From positions 1 through 64,000 of the forward strand of contig NW_021832849.1 in NCBI RefSeq assembly GCF_006345805.1: 64,000 nucleotides of DNA. The letters run 5' to 3'. The stretch's first letter is position 1, and every line of letters begins with the position of its first letter. Below, one piece after another: positions 40,658-52,659 of the stretch. Below the pieces are notes generated by a model. That model was not told the origin of the DNA. It saw nothing but the letters and a program-made list of their open reading frames with translations, and did no database searches. The stretch is from Octopus sinensis (lineage: Eukaryota). The position numbers and the translations under genes are program-made.

Positions 40658-41297
40658 CTGTGGTTCCCAACCGGGGTCCATATAAGATTTTTGGGTTTCC
40701 ACAATTGCAAAATAGTAAATTGGGGATTCACAGTAGTATTTAAAGGGTCCATGAAAAAGTTTTGATTTAAATATGTTAGCTCATTGGTTACAGAGTCAGG
40801 CTCAACATCATGAGTAGTGAGTTCGATGCCCTGTTCGGGCTATGTGTTGTGTCCTTGAGCAAGACACTTTATTTCACGTTGCTCCCGTTCACTCATCTAT
40901 AGAAATGAGTTGCGACGTCACTGGTGCCAAGCTATATCGGCGTTTGCCTTTCTCTTGGACATCTGTGGCATGGAGAGGGGAGGCTTGTATGCATGGGCGA
41001 CTGCTGGTCTTCCATAAACAACTTTGTCCGGACTTGTGCCACGGAGGAGAACTTTCTAGGTGCAATCCCATGGTCATTCATGACCGAAGGCGATCGTTAC
41101 TTTACTATCGCAAGAAACAGCTAGGTTCCTTTCTCTAACATTTTACATAATTCAACCTATACAAGTAAATGTGTGAATAACAAAATAGGAATTTTGAAAG
41201 ACGTATCTATTTAAGTTCTTAAACACCGGTTTAAGGGCCCGCCGAATAAATTAGTAAATAAATGGTTCTACGGGAAAAAAATGGTTGAAAACCACCG
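40658..41297. mobile_element. hAT (Charlie-like) MITE carrying an inserted SINE
   Basis: Ends ctgtggttcccaacc ... ggttgaaaaccaccg; left flank atctagag fits the NTCTAGAN target preference of Charlie elements. Confidence 0.6.
40783..41092 (+). mobile_element. tRNA-derived SINE family C (CORE-like body)
   Basis: gagttcgatgccc (B box) and gtgtccttgagcaagacac; homologous to 61070-61385 and to the tail fragment at 22270-22345(-). Confidence 0.85.
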
Positions 41298-41647
41298 ATC
41301 CTAAGTTACTTTATTAAATCTATTATTTAAGAGTAGAGGAATGTAATTTGAGGCAGTTTTGGCAGCTATTTTTGCCGTTCAGACAGCTGCATGAGTGGTT
41401 ACTTTTTGTGCCATTTTATTTCATTTAAGCAAATTATCCAGTTTAAATTTAAAAACAAACTGTTTATAATAACAAACTACATTATATGGTTCTTTTAAGA
41501 GGATGCATAGCCAGTTGGATACGTAAACAACCGATTAACCGTACGTGTGAAACTATATGTAACCTTAGTAACATTTTTTTTATTGAGCAAGTGAAGTCTC
41601 GCCGCTAATTGTATTACATCGTCTTAAATACACCGTTTTCTCATAAG

Positions 41648-41686
<39 letters not shown>

Positions 41687-41803
41687 GTACGCACAAACAT
41701 CTGGTTTCTGTCTAATTAATATGCATGCATACGTACAAATACATACACAAAACACAGACATACATTTATATAAGTATATATAGGTATATATATATATACA
41801 TGC

Positions 41804-41844
<41 letters not shown>

Positions 41845-41881
41845 TAAATATATTATGTATAACTATATATATAAGTATATA

Positions 41882-41926
<45 letters not shown>

Positions 41927-42006
41927 ATATTATTTTATCTAGTTTCAGCTCACGAGCTGTGGCCATGCTGGGGCACCGCCATTTGGCGTTGCTACATGAT
42001 TTTATT

Positions 42007-44948
42007 TCACGAATGCCTTTTAGCAATTGCCATTTGGTGCATGAGAGAGTTCGATGCAGCTGCCCTCATCTGCACCTCCTGCCGTGAAGTTGGTTCATCT
42101 GGGACACCTGACAGGAAGAGATCCAGTTTTATTTTAAAGACATCTGCATCCACCCCATGCAGGTCTCTCAGGTTCTTCGGAAGGATATTGAAGAGCTGTG
42201 GGCCTCTGAAGCCCAGGCTATCACAGTATCTTGTACTACATCTTGATGGCAAATTTGGAGTCCTTGGCACTATGCAGTGGCGCCCAGTTCTGGCATTTGT
42301 GTAACTCTCGATGCCAAAGTTTGGGACAAGTCCTTCTAGGATCTTCCAGATGTATATTATGGCATATCTTTCTCGCCTACGTTCTAAGGAATAGAGTCTC
42401 AATCTCTTGAGTCTTTCCCAGTAGCTTATATGCTGCACAGAGGCTATCTTCTTCGTGTAGCTTCGTTGGATCGCCTCAAGTTCTGTGATTAACCTGACAC
42501 TGGATGGTGACCATAGCTGAGAGCAATAGTCAAAGTGGCTTAGGACAAGTGTCCTCCAGAGGACCATCATGGTTTCCTGGTCTCTTGTTCTAAAGGTTCT
42601 AAGAATCCATCCGGCCAGCCGCCTACATTTCATTGCCAATTTAGCAACATGCACATGGAAGGTTGCATCGTCACTCATGTAAATACCCAGGTCTCACACT
42701 GATTGTGACTCTGGGATTGCAATCCCTCCTGGTCCAGTGTATTTATTGGGTATTGCATTTAGTTTTGCATGCTGATAGCATAAAGCTTGAAACTTTTCAG
42801 CATTGAACTGCATGCTATTCTTTTCAGCCCACTTGTATATTTTGTCCAGCTCACATTGCAGGTGCTTAGTGTCTTCAGGGTTCTGCATTGCCTGTGAAAC
42901 TTTTGTATCATCTGCATAACTTGTGATCGTGGCTCTCTGCGTGGCTGAGGGCATGTCTGAGAGGGCCATTATGAACAGTAGTGGTCCTTGCGGAATACCG
43001 CTCACTATTTGCGTGTTAATGGAAGTGGCCCCATTGGCTACTACAACCTGGCTTCTATCCTTCAGAAAGTCATGAAGCCATTCTCCCAATTTTCCAACTA
43101 TGCCAAGATCACGCTGTTTGTGACATATTCCATGATCGACTTTATCAAAGGCCTTTGCAAAGTCGAGATATATGACTTCCACATTTGAGTGGTTGAGCAG
43201 TCGTTTCAGCACCCAGTCATAGTGTTGTAGGAGCTGAGTTAGGCAGCTTCTTCCCGGTCGGAAACCATGTTGGGTGTTAGGCAGCAAGTCATTTTCTTCA
43301 AGGAAGGTGATTAGTTTCCTTCTGACTATTCGTTCCATGACCTTGCTGATGTGTGAGGTCAGAGAGGTAGGTCTGCAGTTCTTGGCCTCCGCTCTGCTAC
43401 CTCCTTTATGAATAGGGCATATTTTACCTTCCTTCAGTTTTCTTGGATGTTTGCCAGTTGCAAGGAAGCTCTGAAAGAGGAACTGCAGTGGTCTTGCTAG
43501 GACTCTCTTACATGCTTTTAGGAGGATTGCTGGGAATCCATCGGGGCCAGTAGCTGAGTTTGTTTTCATTTCATCAATAGCCTTTATTACATCGTCTTCC
43601 TTTATACTGATGTAATCAATCATCGCTGCCTCTGATTTTATATCTGCAGTGGTAAAGAAGTCAGTTGGATTGCTGACTTGAAAATGCCCTAGGGGTTGAG
43701 TGAAAATACTCTTGAATTGCTCATTTAGTATTTCACTTACCCTCATTGGATTTCCTGTGAGTGTGCCATCCTTTTCAAGGAGTGGCCCTATCCTACAGTG
43801 CACCGTAGCTGTTTCTTTGGCATACCTGTAGAAAGCTCTGGGGTTAGATTTTATGTTGTCTATAGCCCAGGATTCTTTGTCTGCTCTTTCTTTTTGATGG
43901 GAGAGTTGCAGACATTTTTCAATTTCCAACAGTTTTATTTTCAGGTGGGACATTTCACTGCTTCCAATTTGTTTGTTTAGGTGATTTGAAACTTTTGTAC
44001 GCCGTCTCATTAGAATTTTCCTCTCTCTGGGGATTTTGTTCTTGTGTACAGTGGCCTTTCTCTCTGGGACACATTTGTAGCATATGGCTTGCATTACAGA
44101 CATGAATTGTTGAAGTTTCATGTCGATGTCTGGTGAGGAGAGACATTCAGACCGGTTTTGTTTGAGGATCTCTTTCTCAATTTGTTTCCAGTTTGCCTTA
44201 TGGAAGTTCAAGCTGGAAAGATTCTGAGAGTTTCTTGTAGACTGCATGTCCATGCTTTCCTTTGGCCCGTACATGGTCAGCTCTACCATGTTGTGATCCG
44301 AGAGTAGTATCGGTGTCACTTTCACATTATGGATGAGATCCATATTATTTGTGAAGCAGAGATCCAGTATGTTACCTGCCCTGGTTGGTTGGAGTATTAT
44401 TTGCTCCATGTACAGAGTGTTGATGAGGTTCAGGAGGGACCTCGCCTGTCCTCGTTCGCATCGTGTCATTTCTGGGAGAGAAAGGCCCTCGGGCCATGTG
44501 ACATTGGGCAGATTGAAGTCTCCCATAAGAAGTACACTTATGCGTTGTTCTAATGTGACTAGAACTTCTTCTCTTTTTATAAGGCAGTCTTCAAATTTGC
44601 CTACATGGCTTGGAGCATCTGGAGGGCGATATGTGTTTCCGTAAGTGCTATGCATAAGGCTTGCTTGCATGCAACAAGGTCTCTCAAGAAAGGGATTTTT
44701 GTCTTGTTACTGAGTGTTAGCAGTCCTCTGATGTTCAGTAGGAGCATCGAGGTGATGTGTGTGCTGTTGCCGGTGGTGTCCACCTTGGGTCTATTTGCTG
44801 TGGCGGTCTTGTGTATTGTGGATAGTCCCATCTGCGAGTTTGAGTTTGATGGAGCCAGGTTAGCTGCTGTACAATCTTTTGTGCCATGCACAAAAAGATT
44901 CTTGTTTAGCAGCTGCCCTTTCAATAACATGTTGGTGGTTTGTAGCAC
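42007..44948 (-). pseudogene. CR1 ORF2 (APE endonuclease + reverse transcriptase), broken into 44601-44948, 42694-44670 and 42007-42678
   Basis: Frameshifts; the APE lacks the segment normally found between TETH and YRPP. Confidence 0.9.
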
Positions 44949-45684
44949 GCACTACATCTGCGTACCTCCGTTTTGGGGCAGGTGGTGCGTGGTCCATTCC
45001 TTTTCCTTTTAGTATTTGGTTTCTGCCCTGTTTCATGTTTATGTGGCAGGGTCTTTGGTGCGCAAAACGGCAGCCTGCACCTTCCTCTTCATGCCAGCAG
45101 ACACCTTTCAGGTAGAATTTACACATTCATGTGCGTTGTCTCTTTCTATCCTTTTTGGTATGTGGATAGTCAGGTTTGCTTCTATCCTTGGCTGTTTCAT
45201 CTTTTGGTTTTGTTTGAGTTTTAGTTTTTCCTTCTTTGGCTTTTTCATCTTTTGTTTTTCTTTTAGTTTTTCCTCCTTTTACTTCTTTTTTGTCTCTTTC
45301 ATCTCCATGGTTTTGGCTTTTGGTGCTGGTAGGGGCACTTGCACTTGGGTTTACTTCCCGGGCAGGTTTCTCACTTGAATATTCTTTGTTGTCCTGGGTC
45401 TCTACCAAATGGGGGTGACATCTTACGTCAGCACCCGTGCCTCCCTCCTTACCATCTTTACTTTGTTCGTTGTCAAAGATGGCATCAAGCGTGCTGATGT
45501 GGTATCTTATGAGTGCATAGGAGCGTATAAACCCCTGCTTTTTTCGCACTATCTGTGCTAACGTCCTTGTGTATCCACTGCCCTTCAGCGCAGCTGTAAT
45601 TATGTTGTTCGGATTATCTCCGTCGGCGCATTGACAGGCTCTCAGGAACAACGCCAATTCCATGCTCCTCCAGGTTCTGGACAT
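44860..45684 (-). pseudogene. CR1 ORF1 (~274 codons) with one in-frame TGA at 45127-45129 and a CCCH-type zinc finger
   Basis: ORFs 45127-45684 and 44860-45126 are in one frame (ACA TGA ATG TGT); motif CKFYLKGVCWHEEEGAGCRFAH. Confidence 0.7.
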
Positions 45685-45759
45685 TTTTGGATATTTTATT
45701 TATCTATCTAATTATATTTAAGATTTAATAGTGTGATTGAGGGTAGAGAAGAAATAAAG

Positions 45760-46900
45760 AAAGTGTCTATGCATTTAGAGAGATTGAGAGCTGAGAGAAG
45801 ATAAGAAGAGAGTAAGAGAGAGTGAGAGGAGAAAGTTCGCGTCTATATATTTAGAAAGATTGAGAGGCTGAGAGAGGAAAAATGGTGTGACAGAGAGAAG
45901 TGGAGAAGTGAAGAGACAGAGAAAGAGGTGTGAGTGAGAGAAGTGAAGAGACAGAGAGAGAATTAAATGAAAGAGAGGAGATTATGCAAAAGATTGAGCG
46001 GCTGAGAGAAGATAAGAAGAAAGTGAGAGAGAGTCTATATATTTAGAAAGAGGCTGAGAGAAGAAAGATGGTGTGATAGAGAAAGAGATGAAAGAGAGGA
46101 AGTGATGCAAAAGATTGAGCGGCTGAGAGAAGATAAGAAGAAAGTGAGAGTCTATAGATTTAGGAAGATTGAGTGGCTGAGAGAAGAAAGATGGTGTGAT
46201 AGAGAGAAGTGAAGTGACAGAGAGAGAAAGAAAAGAAAGAGAGGAGGTTATGCAACAAATAAATATATCTCTATCTGCAGCTACGAAGTTTTCTTCTAAG
46301 CTAATTATAAATATCTATCTATTCGCAACTACGAGAGAAGTGAAGGAGGGAAGTGAAGAGACAGAGAGAGCAAGAAATGAAAGAGAGGAGGTTGTGCAAC
46401 AAATAAATATATATCTATCTGCAGCTACGAAAGTTCTACGAGAGTTTTCTTCTGAACTAATTACGACTATATTTCTAATATTCGCGTCTATATATTTAGG
46501 AAGATTGAGAGGCTGAGTAAAAATAAAGAAAAAAAATACATATAAATAAAGCAACAAATAAATATACACCTATCTAAAGTTGAATAATTATAAAGAGATA
46601 TAGTGAGAAAATGACAAAAACGAAGCTGAAACAGAAATTGAAAGATTATTAACAGAATGTAAATTATAAATATATACCTATCCGTAGCTACAAACGTTTT
46701 CTTTTAAACTAATTGTGACTATACTTCTAATGTTCCCGTCTATATATTTAGGAAGATTGAGGGGATGAGTAAATATATATATATATAAATAAATAAATAT
46801 ATGCCTATCTAAAATTGAATAATTTTAAAGAGATGAATTGAGAAATTGACAAAAACGGAGCTGAAACAGAAACTGAAAGATTATTAACCGAATGTAAACA
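45760..46900. repeat. Purine-rich hierarchical degenerate tandem duplications upstream of CR1 ORF1
   Basis: tctata.atttag recurs near 45842, 46033, 46151, 46487 and 46739; larger blocks repeat at about 143 and 236 bp. Confidence 0.8.
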
Positions 46901-47422
46901 GAGAATAGGTCCTTACATTGAATTACGGGAAATTAAACAAATGAAAAGGGGTACTTATCTTATAAGAGGTAGAAGTCCCAAAATCGTCTCCCTGTACGAT
47001 GAGGTTTTCTTTCAAAAAGAAAAGAAAAACGGTTCTTTTTGCTTGTTACAGTCGATTGGAAATAAACTTCAGAGATGTCACCACGTGTTTTTTCGACGGG
47101 AAATCGACGGTCGTGCGTAATTAACTTTAGTGTATTATATTTGGCTTGAAGCGAAATATATTACGATTTTTAACTAATATATCCTCGTATATATACACTC
47201 ACACACAAATATGAATTATCTATATGTACGCATGTTTATAAGTTTGCATGTATCTATGCGTGTGTGCGTGTGAGTGTATATATGTATATGTATACATTTG
47301 CATTGTACGTATATATATATAACGATGTATATATGCATATATTTAAGTCAATCTATACAAATTTCCACATACACACACATATACAAATATATTTTATATA
47401 AATATATATATATATATGTACC

Positions 47423-47455
<33 letters not shown>

Positions 47456-47707
47456 ATCATGTTAGTATGCATTCATTCAGAGAATACCTATGTAAAAATA
47501 TATACAAATATATCTGTATGTATACGTCAGTATATGTGTGTACACATATACGCTCGTACATATGTATGCGAATTTATGTTTAAATCTTTTCAAAATAATA
47601 TTAATTATCTATATATCTACACATATCATCACATACACACACACATCTTTATATACATGCATACATAGATACATAGATACATACATACATACATACATAC
47701 ATGCATA

Positions 47708-47777
<70 letters not shown>

Positions 47778-48372
47778 ATATATATATTTATGTATATGTA
47801 TAATCCGAAGCATATCCATAGAAATATGTAAGATATCTAATTAATACACACATATACCACTTTTCATTTAATCAATTAATTAATAATTATCTTTTCATAC
47901 ATTTACTAATTTAATTAATATAATTTATCTATTTAATTATACTCTTTTGAAACAATATTTTTCTTGACACCCTAAACCTATTCTTATGAATATTTACAGA
48001 CTTGCATAATAATTAATAGACATACTCCCCTCACATACGCCGCTTCTTTTTCCAATGTACATAAGTAATTAAATATGAGTTCCTTAATTATTTTGATCCT
48101 TTTATGAAGTTTTCATAGACATAAAAGCCAGCGTCTTTAAGAAAGTAAAATACAAAGAAAAGAGAAAACTTTCATAAAAATACACTTAACTCGTCTTCTA
48201 CTTATCTCTGTTTAATATAAGAAAATAATTAAACATTCTGATACATTGTAAATCAAATACTTTTTCTTCTTTTAAATATCTATCCTAGCTTCAAAAACTC
48301 TTACATATTTTCCATATCATTATCATGCAATGTTACCGAAACGGAAAACGTTGTCAATAAATATCGGAAGAA

Positions 48373-48426
<54 letters not shown>

Positions 48427-48830
48427 TATAAGATGTATGTATGTAAGTATGCAAAAGTACATCACTTCACAAACGATAATCCATGTAGATTAATTTGAAG
48501 TTCAAAAATATTCGTTACCTTAATGAATTCTTTGTCTAAAATTTTAATAGTTTCTCAACCTTCATTTTTCTAATTGTCTTTTGCAGTTTTCTCAGATTAT
48601 CATCTTGTCTTTTATTCAGTAAATATTTTAATATTTTCTCATTGTAAGCTCTAGAGATCCGTGTGCTTACATATGCACACACACATACACACATACATAC
48701 GCACACAAACACATACATACACATAAACACATAATCACAACACACACAGACACGCATATATTGTCACACTCACACGTATACGCACGAACACACATACACA
48801 CATACATACATACACATATACACACACATT

Positions 48831-48880
<50 letters not shown>

Positions 48881-49368
48881 TATGTAAGACCTTTTGTCTA
48901 TATACGTTTATGCATATATACACAGGTATATATGTATATATGTATATATACGCATACACAAAATCACTTCTATGTATGTATGATGTATCTACGTCAGTAT
49001 GTATTTGTGTGAATACATATACGTATACGTATGTACATATGTATACATGTATGTATGCATACGGATATGTATGCAGGTACATACGTACGTACATATGTAC
49101 GTATGTATGTTTGTATAATGACACTAAATCGCCAAGAATCGTAGGATCGGTACACATTGTATTTTCACTATGATTATGGTTTCACTTTCGCTTTATAATA
49201 TTACACAGCATATTTTAAAAAGCAAATATGAAGTTTGTATTTCATGGTAGAAAGAATTATATACTAAAACTCCCATTACATACATACACAAAACATACGG
49301 ACACACATACTATGACTTAATTTATATATGTGTGTGTGTGCATGTGTGTATGTAGGCATGTATGCACA

Positions 49369-49423
<55 letters not shown>

Positions 49424-49593
49424 GTTTCCAGATACATGCATATAAGTATATTTGTAAATGTATATGCTTAATATATATGTACTTTTTTTATATGTATAAA
49501 TGCCTATCTGCTTACCTATATAAATACATATATATATACATACATAAATACATACATATATACATACATATATATATATATATATAATATATA

Positions 49594-49632
<39 letters not shown>

Positions 49633-49633
<1 letters not shown>

Positions 49634-49800
49634 GCTCAGGAGTGGCTATGTGGTAAGTAGCTTGCTAACCAACCACATTGTCCCGGGTTCAGTCTCACTG
49701 TGTGGCATCTTGGGCAAGTGTCTTCTGCTATAGCCCCGGGCCGACCAATGCCTTGTGAGTGGATTTGGTAGACGGAAACTGAAAGAAGCCTGTCGTATAT
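49633..49800 (+). mobile_element. SINE family A 5' half
   Basis: Homology to 30409-30570. Confidence 0.88.
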
Positions 49801-49972
49801 ATGTATATATATATATATGTATGTGTGTGTTTGTGTGTCTGTCTGTGTGAATCCCTAGAACTTGAGAACTACACAACCAATTTCATTCAAATTTTGCACA
49901 TGCCTTACTTAGATTGTAAGTAATGGAGAGAATGAGAGATAGGTACATAGAAAGGCAAGCAGACAGACAGAG

Positions 49973-50036
<64 letters not shown>

Positions 50037-50242
50037 GGATAGATAGATAGATAGATAGATGGATAGATGATAGATAGATAGGGAGAGGGAGAGAGAGAGA
50101 GAGAGAGAGAAATAGAGAGAGAGAGAGGTCTATTTGAATCAGATAATAACAGTTATGCACTTTAACTAAATTGTGAGACAATATAACTAATTAAATCATA
50201 AATCCTTTCCTTGAAATGTTTTTGTTTACTTAACCACACATA

Positions 50243-50630
50243 AGGGCGGCGAGCTGGTAAAATCGTTAGCATGTTGGAAAAAAATGCTTAAAGGCATTTC
50301 TTCCCGTTGTTTAAGGTCTGAGTTCGAATCCCGCCACGATCAACTTCGCTATTCATCCCTTTGGAATCGATAAAATGAAGTACCATTCAAGTAGTGATGT
50401 GAATGTAACCGACTTGCCATCCCACCCATTCAACCCCACTTCCTCGCCCCGTCACCGCCCCTTCATGCTCCCCTCTGTGAACCTCCTCCACATCCGTCCC
50501 TCAAAATTGTTGGCCTTAAATCCTGCAACGAACCGGTGTCCTGTTCTAGGGAAATGGTGATCTCGCTCACTTCTATACGCTACAGAAAACAGAGTAACCG
50601 GCCTTATGAGGCCTGGGGCTCGAGAAAAAT
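50243..50630 (+). mobile_element. Diverged SINE family B joined to a family D-like tail
   Basis: ggcggcgagctggtaaaatcgttagc head; tail cctgcaacgaaccggtgtcctg..ctacagaaaac. Confidence 0.65.
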
Positions 50631-50664
50631 AATCACCTCAAGTTACGTCTAATCACTTTAATTA

Positions 50665-50900
50665 CTACAGTTCTGTATTTAAGAGATGAAGAATTATTTA
50701 CATTATTTACATTTGACTGATATTTGTCTTCATCTTGTTTGTTGTTAATATACCCTCCAGCCTTCATCAGGTGTCTTGGAGAAATTTGGAGAAACCTGGA
50801 TTCTCATTCCTAAGGTATTTTTCAATGTTATTATTATTATTATTGAGGTAACTCGGAATCTTGGGGTTAGTAGCCCGTGCTCTTAACCACTACGCCATAT
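50665..50900 (-). mobile_element. Repeat with tRNA-like head, (AAT)n and a partial hammerhead core; inverted partial copy at 51120-51205(+); tail-only copies at 23481-23540 and 25337-25435
   Basis: TGGCGTAGTGG A box; ACAC CTGATGA AGGCTG; shared tail aacaacaaacaagatga..catctcttaaata.agaactgt. Confidence 0.6.
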
Positions 50901-51695
50901 GCCCGTGGGCAATTATGGAGTGAATTTGGGGCTTATAAATCTAATATTTTCCTATCCTTTCTTAATACCGGTTAGGGTTAGGGTTAGGGATATGCTACTC
51001 ATATCTGCACTCGGTCCTGCTTGGCCGGTTGTTGTGTCCTACCATATGAGCGGCTTCTTTTAGTTTTCGTATTTTCCAGTGGTGTTCTCTGTCTATTATT
51101 TTAACTTCATCCCACCTCCCGCTGAAGGCTGGAGGGGGGGATGAAGCGTTGTGTTAACAACAAACAAGATGAGGGCGAATAGCCATCAAATGTAAACAAT
51201 GTAAACCTTAATTACTCTGTGTTCTTAGTTCAAATCACAATATGGTCAACTTTGCCTTTCATTTTTTCGGGATCGATAAAATAAAGTACCAGTCAAGTAC
51301 TGATGTCGATATAATCGACCACCCTCCATCCCGCCCCCCCCCAAAAAAAAGATGCTTGTTTTCAATCCGGAATATGGCATGGAATCCGGGCAACCGGCCT
51401 TAAGGGTCCATGGAGTCGAAGAAGAGAAAAACAAAACGAATGCATGGATTGGATATATGTATATTATTCTTTGAGTGTCATTCAAATTCTTCTTGAAAGA
51501 GTTTAAGCCGGTCGCTAACAAAACGACAAGACCGTGAGTTAAGAGAGTTCCTAATGTTTGTAAATATACGGTTAAGTTGGTTCCGTTGGGGTTGAATTGT
51601 CAAAACATACACGCAAGTGTGTGCATCTATTCACATAAGAATCTCAGATGGAGAATTTTTAGAATGTTTTACAAATCTCCATTGTGCCACAAATA

Positions 51696-52275
51696 TTGGG
51701 TTGTCCGGAAAGTTCGTGCCGATTTATAGTAGCTTATCTTTCGACTTATTTCAGAACATGGTTGAGTCCATAAAATAGAATTTGACTACACCTCCATTTA
51801 GAGTACAGTTTAAGCTATCTTTTCGTGGAAGAAGGTTTATGTTCCTATAACCTGTGTTAATTCTATAACCCTTTAAAATGGAAGATAAGAAAGTTCATTT
51901 TCGGCACTTGATGCTTTGGGAACCAGACAAAAATTGCTGCAGCTCGGCTAGGATGTGTTACCCCACCCTCCATATTCACCAGATATTGCTCCTTCGGATT
52001 TCCACTTATTCAGGTCTCTGCAGAATAGTCTTAATGGTAAAAATTTCAATTCTTTGAATGACGTAAAAAGATACCATGATGAATTATTTGCCATGAAACC
52101 ACCTCAGTTCTGGGAAGAGGGTATTTTTAAGTTAAAGAGGATATTTTCAAGGAAAGATGGAGACGCATTGTGCAACAAAATGGTTCATATTTAGTTGATT
52201 AAAAATGTAATGGCAAGTATTTATTGACCATTTTCTTTCCTTTAAAAATCGGCACGAACTTTCCGGGCAACCCAA
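51696..52275 (+). mobile_element. Internally deleted mariner (580 bp) with intact TIRs and TA target duplication
   Basis: TA-ttgggttgtccggaaagttcgtgccgattt ... aaatcggcacgaactttccgggcaacccaa-TA; MEDKKVHFRHLML fused to LPHPPYSPDIAPSDFHLFRSL. Confidence 0.93.
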
Positions 52276-52446
52276 TAGATTGGACTTGGAGAATCTGCGT
52301 CAGTTTCTTTTACATTTTTGTTCCGTGAAACCGAGTATTTCTAGCATTTTGTGTAGATTTGTTGGTACATAGCCTAATGCATCCGATGATAGGCACAAGC
52401 GAGAATTTATAGACAGGGTACAAGAGCGCATATAAATATATGTGTA

Positions 52447-52659
52447 CGAGAGGGTGCTGAAAAGTTCCTGGCTTTAAGTGTGCCGAGAAAGGTCTAGCTG
52501 GAGGCTCAACCTGAGTTCTTTTACTGGGCTTCAGAATGCTGAAGACCGCTGCAATAAGTGTATGAATCTGAGAGGAAAATACGTTGAATAAAATCATAAT
52601 TAACTGACCCTCTTGTATATTCTTTTATCCAAAGCAAGGAACTTGTTAACACCCTCTCG
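52447..52659. mobile_element. Mariner-type MITE (~215 bp)
   Basis: Imperfect TIRs cgagagggtgctgaaaagttcctggcttt / aaagcaaggaacttgttaacaccctctcg. Confidence 0.65.

Larger units (their letters stand above)
41933..45684 (-). mobile_element. Near full-length CR1-clade LINE, inactivated
   Basis: ORF1 plus APE and RT motifs (NIRGL, TETH, YRPP, NILDLCFTN, SDHNMV, YLDFAKAFDKVDH, YADDTK, LYSLERRRERY) and an intact 3' tail. Confidence 0.92.
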
